Assembly (NCBI GenBank): GCA_022710935.1
Contig: JAKLFY010000031.1
Span: 1,857 to 65,856 of the forward strand
DNA: 64,000 nt
Direction: 5' to 3'
Origin: Verrucomicrobiota bacterium
GTDB lineage: Bacteria; Verrucomicrobiota; Verrucomicrobiia; Limisphaerales; J093
In this document: positions 36,401 through 42,626 of the stretch, one piece after another
How the letters are laid out: each line of letters starts with the position of its first letter
How positions within the stretch are numbered: the stretch's first letter is position 1
Notes under the pieces: model-generated
Told to the model about the DNA's origin: nothing
What the model saw: the letters and a program-made list of their open reading frames with translations, nothing else
Databases searched by the model: none
Position numbers and translations under genes: made by a program

Positions 36401-39392
36401 AGAGATGGTTGACGCCAGACGAGCTCGTGAGGTTGAGGCGCAGGCTTTCGCCAGCCGGAACCTGGATGGCGTAGTAGTGCAGGCGGCTCGCCCCGGTGAA
36501 CGTGCCGGAAATGGGGCCTCCGTTCGCTGTGAAGGTCCGGTAAGCGATGGTCAACGGATCGGACGCGGCCGTGTTGTTGGCTTCTTCACTCTCGATGGCC
36601 GCATTGCCGAGGTCCGCGCGGACGATCACATGGTATCTGCCTGGCAAAAGGCCGGGCGCGTTGAAGGTCGTCGAAGCCAAATAGACCTCGTTCGTGGCGA
36701 GTCCGCCTGGATGGTTGACGGTGGCGACACGAACATCCGTGATATTCCAAAACGGGTCGGCCGAGACATACACAGCATCGGTCCAACTGCCAAGGAGGGC
36801 CGTCCCGAGCACGTTGCGTCCCTCCCACGACACACTGACGGCGTCGCCCGCCCAGAATTCCTGCATGTCGCAAACCACGTTGGTGACCTCCAGGTCCACG
36901 GGAACAAGGTTGAAGGTGACCGATCGCGAATTGATGATGTCGAGCGAATTGCCGGCGAGGTCCGCGACGTTCGTACTGAATGCCACGCGATAGAGCCCGA
37001 CGGCGGTTTGCGATGGGAACGTGACCCGCCAACGATTGAGGCCAACCTCCTGAATGCCGCTGACGGACACCGCCTGCCCGAGGGTGTTGGTGAGCCGCAC
37101 ATTGGCGGGAATCAAGGTGGCGCTGTCCATCTGTTCACTGAACCAGACGTCCACCGAGGTGATAGTGCCCGCGATGTCGCCGGGCGGAGTGTGTTGCGTG
37201 ACGCGCGGCGGTACGGTGTCGAGGATGAGGGTAAAGCTGAAGGCATCGTCCGTCTCACCGGGAATACCGTTGGCGTTTTGGTCGAGTTGATAGCCATCGG
37301 CGTCAAGCAAAGTCGGCAGCAGGGTGAAGTGATATGCGCCTTGGTCGGTCTGTGGAGCGAAACCAAAGCGATAGAGTCGGTCGCCAACTTCGGAGATCCC
37401 AGTGGGGACAATCTCCCCCAGCGGTCCGACGATGACCAGTTTGTCCATCGTGAACGAGTTCATGGCGATGGCTTGGTTGAAGTGGATAGCGATGCTATCA
37501 CGGAAGGAGCGGGGGAGCGGGAATACATAGTCGTTGGTGGGGTACACAAGCACTCGCCCCGGCAATGAGAAGCGGGCATGAGTGCGTGGTGCGCCCGGAT
37601 ACAAATGGACCGTGCCCGCACCGCCCGGGGTAGTGGCATTGAGGCCGCCCGAGGCCGCGATTTTCGCGAGACCAAACCCCGCGGTGTCCGTGGCATACAC
37701 CGCAATGCGCCCACCCCCGCCACCACCATAGCCGGAGAGGGCACTGTTACCCCCATCTGCCCGGATGATCCCTCCCCCCGTCAAACCGCCCACGCGGACA
37801 TAGATCGCACCGCCGGCCCCGCCGCTCCCATCCCGGTCGGCTCCGTTGGCCAGCAATTGTCCCTCCAAATCCAATGCCGCCGCCGTTAACCGAACGAGCC
37901 CACCCCCTGGACCGTATCCGCTGCCACTGCCCCAGTCCTCCGGATCGGCATAATCCCCATAGACGGGTAGCACGGTGGGGCTGGGTGCGATGGCCATGCC
38001 GCCCAGACCCCCATGACTCCCACCACTATAAAACGCCGAAGCCGGGGCCGGCACATTCCCCACCGTCCGCCCCGCCACATACCCCCGCCCACTCACGTCA
38101 ATCCGGCTCATCGCATCCACCACCACCGCCCCCGTGACGTTGATCTCCAGCTTGTGCGTGTTCGTCTCCGTGCAGGGCAAATGCGTCAACACTGAGTAAT
38201 TGCTCAGCGTCAGCGCCGGCGCCACCAACCGCTCGGTCGTAAACGTGCCGCCGCCAATCGTCACCGGCGCCGTCGAGGTCACCGAGCCACTGAATATCAT
38301 CGAGCTGTTCGTCCCCAACACCAGCGGCGTCGTTCCTCCCAGCAGCGCATCCTCCAATTCCAAACGTGCTCCTCCACTCACCTCCACCCCGCCCGCAAAC
38401 TCGACCACCATCCCCGGATGCTCCGGCTTCACCTGCGTCTGTGCCCCCCGAATCACCACCCCATCCGCAATCACGAAGGTGTTCGTCCCCGCCACCCCCA
38501 ACGGCGTCCAACCGTTGCCCCCACTCCCCGCGTCAATCATCAACGTGCCCACCGCCTCGTCGGTGTCCCGCACATACACCGTGCCCGCACCGCCCGGAAA
38601 GCGCGGACTTGCCGCCCCCGCCGCGCTCAAGTTCCCAAGGTTGAATTGAGAATGCTCCGCGGCATACACTGCAATCCGACCGCCGCCTCCCCCCCCGTAG
38701 TTGTTCGAGTAGACGCTCGTCCCACCTTTGGCCTGCATCGTGCCGTTGCCTGTCAAAGCGTTCACCGCGACACGAATCCCGCCCCCCGCTCCGCCGCTGC
38801 CATCGGCATTGCTGCCGTTGGCCAGGAGTTGTCCCTGTAGTTCCAGCGAACCCGCAACAAGACGAATCAACCCACCGCCCGACACGTACCCGCTTCCGCT
38901 GCCCCATTCCTGCGGGTCGGCGTAGGTCCCATACACAGCCAAAGGCGTTGAACTACCTGCAATCCAAGCACCCAACCCGCCATAGCTGCCCCCGCTGTGA
39001 AACGCCGACGCCGGCGCCGGCACATTCCCCACCGTCCGCCCCGCCAGGTACCCCTTCCCGCTCACGTCGATGCGGCTGTCGGCTGAAATGGCGATCTGGT
39101 CGCTGATCGTCAGATCGAGTTTGTGTGTTTCGCTGACGGTGCAGGGCGAGTGGGTGAGGACAGCGCCGTTGGTCAGGAGCAGCGAATTGAAGAGGTGCAG
39201 CCCGTCGACGGTCACCGTGACGGGGCCGTCGATCACGATGTCTTGGTCATCGTAAGTCGTGTCAGTTTCGGAAATGGTGATGTTGCTGGTGAATGTGGCG
39301 GCGGTGGCCAAGTTCACCGCGAAACCAACTGCGAAACATGCCAGGCGAAGCAGAACCAGCCTGCCTCTTCTTGCCGTACGATGATGGGTCAT
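30465..39392 (-). CDS. giant secreted RHS/YD-repeat protein (2975 aa) with duplicated Gly-rich beta-helix modules and an atypical long post-core tail
   Basis: The ATG at 39392 is preceded by GGAGGAGGG. The signal is LVLLRLACFAVGFAVNLATA. Two paralogous beta-helix modules come first, then Ig-like, CARDB-like and PPC-like segments and a G12 tract. The RHS region starts near GRGWSHNW, carries dozens of YD repeats (YAYDSAGN, YTYDASGR, ...) and ends with the core motif PVMLTDPSGL at 32598-32612. Confidence 0.9.
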   Translation of the reverse strand: MTHHRTARRGRLVLLRLACFAVGFAVNLATAATFTSNITISETDTTYDDQDIVIDGPVTVTVDGLHLFNSLLLTNGAVLTHSPCTVSETHKLDLTISDQIAISADSRIDVSGKGYLAGRTVGNVPAPASAFHSGGSYGGLGAWIAGSSTPLAVYGTYADPQEWGSGSGYVSGGGLIRLVAGSLELQGQLLANGSNADGSGGAGGGIRVAVNALTGNGTMQAKGGTSVYSNNYGGGGGGRIAVYAAEHSQFNLGNLSAAGAASPRFPGGAGTVYVRDTDEAVGTLMIDAGSGGNGWTPLGVAGTNTFVIADGVVIRGAQTQVKPEHPGMVVEFAGGVEVSGGARLELEDALLGGTTPLVLGTNSSMIFSGSVTSTAPVTIGGGTFTTERLVAPALTLSNYSVLTHLPCTETNTHKLEINVTGAVVVDAMSRIDVSGRGYVAGRTVGNVPAPASAFYSGGSHGGLGGMAIAPSPTVLPVYGDYADPEDWGSGSGYGPGGGLVRLTAAALDLEGQLLANGADRDGSGGAGGAIYVRVGGLTGGGIIRADGGNSALSGYGGGGGGRIAVYATDTAGFGLAKIAASGGLNATTPGGAGTVHLYPGAPRTHARFSLPGRVLVYPTNDYVFPLPRSFRDSIAIHFNQAIAMNSFTMDKLVIVGPLGEIVPTGISEVGDRLYRFGFAPQTDQGAYHFTLLPTLLDADGYQLDQNANGIPGETDDAFSFTLILDTVPPRVTQHTPPGDIAGTITSVDVWFSEQMDSATLIPANVRLTNTLGQAVSVSGIQEVGLNRWRVTFPSQTAVGLYRVAFSTNVADLAGNSLDIINSRSVTFNLVPVDLEVTNVVCDMQEFWAGDAVSVSWEGRNVLGTALLGSWTDAVYVSADPFWNITDVRVATVNHPGGLATNEVYLASTTFNAPGLLPGRYHVIVRADLGNAAIESEEANNTAASDPLTIAYRTFTANGGPISGTFTGASRLHYYAIQVPAGESLRLNLTSSSGVNHLFASVASIPSRQDSDYSARELSPNQTIELTGVPGGAAYYVLVSAEQLGDGTYSLSAETAPFYVNGISPTVIPGDESSHWWVSVLDKTLPSAALSGVGFDETMTVELVKTSGTRHVPNRTELVGATQLQLFFNTGSMSAGTYSVWVTKGAATRVLTNALTVVSGGEAKFEARLVGTALSPGGGQTLYVEYANTGTRPMPVPLLKVTAYENSTVTAHRVNWRAIPGYAPTPPVGGGGGGGGGGGGRLSAPPTYIFNVARPLNSVQGIAVGSSATPGWLQPGERGRVPFYFAGFHGEWQDPVQFNVGTVTADDTTIVEWPSPAPGVPGAVLFPSHGHRSILGSGHWTNGTERLFSVPWEDLRARSRPETADAAGWDAVWANLVKAAGPLWANYVVMMGDNLNHLAKVGQMTNDPAPLFNFEVLQAAAALNPVRTLAAAVDASAPSPGFPLVFRRTYGQPILSRYRLGALGRGWSHNWEIHAQTLISYYGVTVRGPGGAERFFGRSSYGQYVATGSDTGVMLLTNSTFRLIEADKTAWVFATNSPIGRLEYVEDPNGNRITCGYTGSQLTSLTHSSGRQFLLQYNGSGRLAQITDPLGPGAADDRVTTYEYDASGEHLIRVTAPGNRVTTYAYHTDDIPQRLHALANVTHPDLSQDSFVYDAQGRLIQTSQNCCGGAQQVNYAYDSAGMVTVTDATGRATQLLYGLGGQLAQVRDGEGRIVNFTYDDLDQLTQLVGPGGERYRYGYDGFGNLSGIEDPLRQNNSFTYEPNFNRLAQVRDARGNDLKYAYDDRGNLTAITYADATAERFAYDAHGSVITSTNRRGGVITYTYNSAGQLTSKDYATTPGITDFTYAYDSAGNLRSATYFDGLLGSQQTIEMEYDPLTDRLTRIQYPGGRFFTFDYDPAGRRTRRADQDGQVTAYLYDELGRLDRMTNGLGQLVVDYDYDPAGRLSRKTLGNGVFTTYEYNAAGQVVSLVNRKADNSVLSSFVYTYDASGRRDSMTTLAGTETYGHDSLGQLTSVTYPNGRVVNYAYDSAGNRTQVTDNGVATDYAANTLNQYTSVGDETLLYDLDGNLTFSTINSQPSTNTYDIEDRLIGVTTPTDTWTYAYDAFGNRIATTHNGQTTRYVIDPTGLGNVAAEYDGGGNLIARYDHGFGLLARSDAAGDPAFYTFSAIGHTSELTGPSGAVANAYAYDPFGLSLTKAETLPNPFEFVGEFGVMNEGNGLEFMRARDYSPSLGRFHTTDPVHILGGLNLYAYTRSRPVMLTDPSGLREDSDPFGDWLRHYLRFHRSHEEMIRNFDDDEKRNAAADERARNADFLSDNSWRAAFDLFFKFFNVHDRPEKLKDAWDILKDLKDYFDILNPDPTPTPINGCWSFALARSSDPNDKLGPSGYGSAAYLPADGTLAYQIRFENQPSATAPAQHVVVTDMLDPNLDLSTFELTEIAFGNQVLAIPPGLNHYQKSLAFIVTNQTLIPLGDGASALALLPSNAILVEVDAHLDMPTRLLTLTLTAIDPNTGWYPEDPLIGLLYPNDGTGRGDGSISYIVRANSGAASGTRVENRARIVFDYNDPIDTPLVFNTLDAAAPVSAVAPLPAEAGPTFLVQWSGQDDPGGSGLASFDICVTENGTNRFLWLSQTTATSAWFRGEPGHTYAFTSLARDNVGQEEPLPAAPQAVTTVPATAPVLSSVLDSTTLPGATVTFTNAVLGTPSGEWRFSLGAGAPSGVVVDPTNGVFRWNPACSQASRSYAITVWVADTGRPNLMDARVFTIVVGECVVPSLGRLVLEVGNRGRVPVNLISTVPLTSLSMTVEAPTDRLTDFTLEPVTPGICESSITVLTDSLQSLSMRMCANQWLIGTQQVAWLYFTAVSNESSAFVDLLLDNTVGLTTDGNQVANFAPQSGRVVIISEEPLLEAVLDADQSPALVLYGRPGWDCEVHSCASLDPAAPWQEELRTTQPDLYQTFDVTLGASAARYFRAVRRSR

Positions 39393-39697
39393 TTCCCTCC
39401 TCCTTCTCCGGCGTGTGCCCCGGCCGGTTTGTTTGCAGGTGACACGGGGATCTGGGGTGGTGCGCATTCGGTCAGCCCTTGCCCGGGTTTTCGCCCAAAT
39501 GCGTTGAGGTCCAACTCCCGACCGCGCTGTGTTGTGACACGCATGCTCTCCAACGCTGAAATGGCAAAGCGGGGAGGATTGTGACAGAGGCGCAGGTCCA
39601 GGACATTCGTCGTTGTCGCCTGAGCTCCGACCGAGACGTCCGTGGTCTGGGCCGTCTCAAACGACAGCTTGAGTTTCAGGCGCGGGATGTCTAACGA
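39393..39697 (-). promoter_or_regulatory. duplicated divergent intergenic/leader region, copy 2
   Basis: It aligns with 40693-40900 (leader) and 41560-41647 (sigma-proximal part ending TCTAACG). It abuts the truncated paralog at 39691-39697. Confidence 0.65.
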
Positions 39698-40365
39698 ATC
39701 AGCCCCCCGCCTGGAGCCCCTCCTGCATAGGGTCCGCTGCCGCTTCCCCATTCGTTAGGTTTCGCGTAATCCCCGTAGACCGCGTTGGCCGGCTGATCCG
39801 AAGACCAGGAAGCCCCCAATCCCCCATAGCTGGCGCCGCTATTATATTGTGCCGCCCCGTTGGTCGTGTTGCCTGTGGTCCGCCCCGCGATGTACCCTTT
39901 CCCACTCACGTCAATCCGGCTGTCAGTCGAAACCACGATGGCGTTGGTGACGGTCAGGTCCAGCTTGTGCGTGCTCGTCTCCGTGCATGGCGAGTGCGTG
40001 AGCACCGCGCCATCGGTGAGGAGCAGGGAATTGAAGGCGTGCGGGCCGTCCATCGCCACCGTCACGCCCGCGCCGGAGATGACGAGATCCAGACCGTCAT
40101 AGCTGGTGTTCGACTCGCTGAGGGTCAGGCTGCTCGTGATCCAGGTTTGGGCGGAGGCGGGGAGCGTGGCCGCGAAGAGGCACACAAGGCACAAAACGGG
40201 CCAAGCAGCGAACCGCGGATGGCGCGGATGGTCTCCAGCCTGAATCCGCGGCCATCCGGGAAATCCGTGGTTGCCTGGCGTTCTGGCCGCGGACCGGAAT
40301 GTCCGCGCTCCTTCAAGGGCTTCGTGCGGATTCGTGTTCATAGGGGGTTCTCGTTGGGCGGTCAT
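39691..40365 (-). pseudogene. truncated paralog (224 aa) of the RHS protein N-terminal beta-helix module
   Basis: TWITSSLTLSESNTSYDGLDLVISG...THSPCTETSTHKLDLTV...SRIDVSGKGYIAGRT...GGGLIR* parallels RHS residues TFTSNITISETDTTYDDQDIVIDG...GGGLIRLVAG. The stop codon is created at the junction with leader copy 2. Confidence 0.6.
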
Positions 40366-40573
40366 TGAGTTCTTTGCGGCAGAAGATCAGGTCCGGGTTT
40401 CGCTTTTCGATTCAGGGTGTCCTTGGCTGGATGAGGTTGAACCCCACGGAATTCACACACGCTCTGCCGGCGAGGAGCGTCGAGGGAGCGTCTGTCGGCT
40501 GTCGGATGACTGGCGGCTCGACAGGCAGAAGGATGGCGCGTAGAGTGACGGCATGAGCGCTGAAACCGCCCAA

Positions 40574-40693
40574 TTATTGGCGGCCTTCGAGGCGTTGCCC
40601 ACCCAGGAACAACAAGTGTTCGTGAAGGAGTGAATGAGGCGAATATCCCACCGACATCAGCCAGCCTCTTCTCGCCCCATGATCATGACTCAT
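40574..40693 (-). pseudogene. remnant of the RHS-gene 5' end (about 12 homologous codons) behind leader copy 3
   Basis: MSHDHGARRGWLM... compares with MTHHRTARRGRLV... in the RHS gene. The ATG at 40693 has the same GAAGGAGGA-type RBS context. Homology is lost near 40655. Confidence 0.4.
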
Positions 40694-40900
40694 TTTCGTC
40701 CTCCTTCGCCGGCCAGCGTCCCGGCCGGTCTGTTGCACAGGGCACGGGGATCTGAGGTGGCGTCTGTTCGGTTAGACCCATGCTCCGTTTCTGGACCCAA
40801 TGCTAAACCCCGTGCGCGCTGTGTAATGACACGCATGCTTGCTCCGTGAGTGGAATGGCAAAGCGGAGACAATTGTGACAGAGATCGAGGGCCAGACCCA
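40693..40900 (-). promoter_or_regulatory. duplicated leader region, copy 3 (core 40808-40883)
   Basis: It is collinear with 39393-39600 with scattered substitutions and 1-nt indels. Confidence 0.65.
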
Positions 40901-40952
40901 AGAGTCGCGGGCCACCTTGAAACCCGAGACATGAGAGAACCAAGACGCCGTG

Positions 40953-40998
40953 AGCTCGGATTTCTGGGGCTCAATCCCGGTGGTGAGAAATCCGAGCT
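40953..40998. repeat. perfect 13-bp stem hairpin (AGCTCGGATTTCT / AGAAATCCGAGCT)
   Basis: The arms at 40953-40965 and 40986-40998 are exact reverse complements around a 20-nt loop. Confidence 0.7.
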
Positions 40999-41011
40999 GG
41001 GCGGCGTCGCT

Positions 41012-41575
41012 GTGACCACCAATCACGCGAATCACACGAATCATGGTTCCCCTCCAATTCGTGTGATTCGTGGTTGGCGCCTGACGGTGCGGGCCAAACG
41101 TGAGGCCATCTGTTCCTGCCTCGAACCACGGTCGCGGCGTGCGGCAGCGGGTCCGCCGCAACACCCTGACCGAGAGTCCACCGGAGGGGATTGTCCGAGT
41201 CTGACGCAGCCGATTGTGCTCTGCTCGTTGAACTGCCCAGGAGAGGGAGTGACCACGAATGACACCAATCACACGAATCATGGTCCCCCTCCAATTCGTG
41301 TGATTCGTGTGATTCGTTGGCGCCTGACGGTGCGGGCCAAACGTGAGGCTCTCTGTTCCTGTCTCGAACCACGGTCGAAGCGTGTGACACACGGTCTGCG
41401 GGAACACCCTGACCGGGAGTCCACCGGAGGGGATTGTCCGAGTCTGACGCAGCCGATTGTGCTCTGCTCGTTGAATCGTCCAGGAGAGGGAGTGACCACG
41501 AATGACACCAATCACACGAATCATGGTTCCCCTCGAATTCGTGTCATTCGTGTGATTCGTGGTTGGCGCCTGGTG
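41012..41575. repeat. tandem array (about 2.3 copies, period 237-243 bp) of a unit carrying a 14-bp-stem CACGAAT hairpin
   Basis: The anchor GTGACCACSAAT recurs at 41012, 41249 and 41492. The first hairpin has CGAATCACACGAAT (41028-41041) pairing with ATTCGTGTGATTCG (41057-41070). The inter-hairpin sequence is also conserved between copies. Confidence 0.85.
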
Positions 41576-41659
41576 TCCGGTGCAGACATCCGTGGTTTGA
41601 GCCCTCTCAAACGGCGGCTTGAGTTCCGGGCAAGGGCTTTCTAACGTCGCACATACCTG

Positions 41660-42406
41660 ATGATGGAAGACGACGCGTCCAAGAATGGCGGCAGCTCCGC
41701 GTTTCCGAACACGCAGTGGACGGTCATCGTCGACGCCGTTTCCAGCCATCCGGAGCGGGTGCGCGAGGCGCTCGAAGGACTCTGTCGGGCCTACCGTCAG
41801 CCGATTGTCAATTGGTTCAAACGGAATGACTTTCGGCAGGATCCCGAAGACCTGGCTCAGGGGTTCCTGGCCTACATGCTCGAGAAAGGCCTCCTGACCA
41901 AGGTCGCGCCGCGGACGGGCCGATTCCGCTGTTTCCTCGCGGCGTGCATGCGCCGGTTTTTGCACGACAACTGGGACAAACAGAACGCGCAGAAGGCCGG
42001 AGGCGGCGTCCAACCGGTGCCCCTGGCCGACCACGACGCCGAGGCCGGCGCCGACACCCACACCGACAGCCAGCTCGATATCGACTTCGCCCTGGCCATT
42101 CACGGACAGGTCATGAGTCAACTGGCGCCCCGCGACGAACTGAAGCCCTACCTGTTTCAGAAGGACACGACCGAAGGATGGAATGACATCGCCGCCGCCC
42201 TCGGTACGACACCGACGGCGATTCGCCAGGAAGTATGCCGGCTGCGGCGACGGCACTGGGAGAAGTTTCGCGATGAAGTGGCTGAGATCGTCAGGCCGTC
42301 GGATCGAGCCGAGGAAACAAAGTACCTGTACGAACTGCTGTTCCGGAATCTGCCGGCCGAGGCGGGGGAACGGCATTGTCCCGGTGGATATGCCCCGGGA
42401 ACATGA
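41660..42406 (+). CDS. ECF-type sigma-70 family factor (kinase-associated, ECF43-like)
   Basis: FPNTQWTVIVDA...ALEGLCRAYRQPIVNWF...DLAQGFLAYML (region 2) and ...TPTAIRQEVCRLRRRHWEKFRDEV (region 4). It is paralogous to 49279-50115. A Ser/Thr kinase gene follows and there is no anti-sigma gene. Confidence 0.75.
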   Translation: MMEDDASKNGGSSAFPNTQWTVIVDAVSSHPERVREALEGLCRAYRQPIVNWFKRNDFRQDPEDLAQGFLAYMLEKGLLTKVAPRTGRFRCFLAACMRRFLHDNWDKQNAQKAGGGVQPVPLADHDAEAGADTHTDSQLDIDFALAIHGQVMSQLAPRDELKPYLFQKDTTEGWNDIAAALGTTPTAIRQEVCRLRRRHWEKFRDEVAEIVRPSDRAEETKYLYELLFRNLPAEAGERHCPGGYAPGT

Positions 42407-42626
42407 ACCTGCGCAGGCCGGATGTGCGGTGTCCTCATCGCAAGCGGCTGTTTCTGGCGACGAGGACGTCGCCACTCCTGACCGGTTTATGGGAGCGCCA
42501 GGCGCAGGAAGTCGGTCGGTCAGCGCCCGGCCGCCAGTCACAACCGAACTTGAACCTCCATCTACGGATTGGGCGAAGCGTGCGGGTGGATTGTGGACCA
42601 CCTGAGCGCTACTGCCTGGATCGACG

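Noticed and set aside
26810-39392. The repeated variable modules in the surface proteins might reflect a diversity-generating retroelement or phase-variation invertase.
   Set aside because: No reverse transcriptase, template/variable repeat pair with adenine-specific differences, or recombinase gene is present in the window.
39389-39545. A possible conserved upstream ORF (MRVTTQR...GEGGGK*) has its own GGAG-ATG. Its stop overlaps the RHS ATG (ATGA). It is mirrored at 40690-40835, and at 30115-30187 it is in frame with the adhesin.
   Set aside because: Between copies 2 and 3 the alignment contains 1-nt indels that shift the frame in the middle of the putative peptide while both stay open. Conservation is therefore at the nucleotide level rather than the peptide level. 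I keep it only as an alternative start for the adhesin (30187).
40553-40633. A 26-codon micro-ORF (MSAETAQLLAAFEALPTQEQQVFVKE*) resembles the N-terminus of addiction-module antitoxin-type proteins.
   Set aside because: It is too short and truncated to support a call, has no partner toxin ORF, and lies at a duplication breakpoint. At most it is a remnant.
41012-41575. The regularly spaced hairpin repeats might be a CRISPR array.
   Set aside because: The period is about 240 bp, not 55-75 bp. The sequence between hairpins is conserved between units, so there are no unique spacers, and no cas genes are nearby. It is a tandem repeat.
42183-42626. The kinase1 reading frame stays open 140 codons upstream, interrupted only by one in-frame TGA (42603-42605). 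A third frame shows a decayed CPG..RCPH zinc-ribbon-like string, which suggests a lost N-terminal extension or stop-codon readthrough.
   Set aside because: The open frame overlaps the 3' end of the sigma gene, where GC-driven open frames are expected. Similarity to the kinase2 Cys4 motif is weak and spread over two frames. There is no SECIS-like evidence. The ATG at 42627 gives a complete kinase domain.
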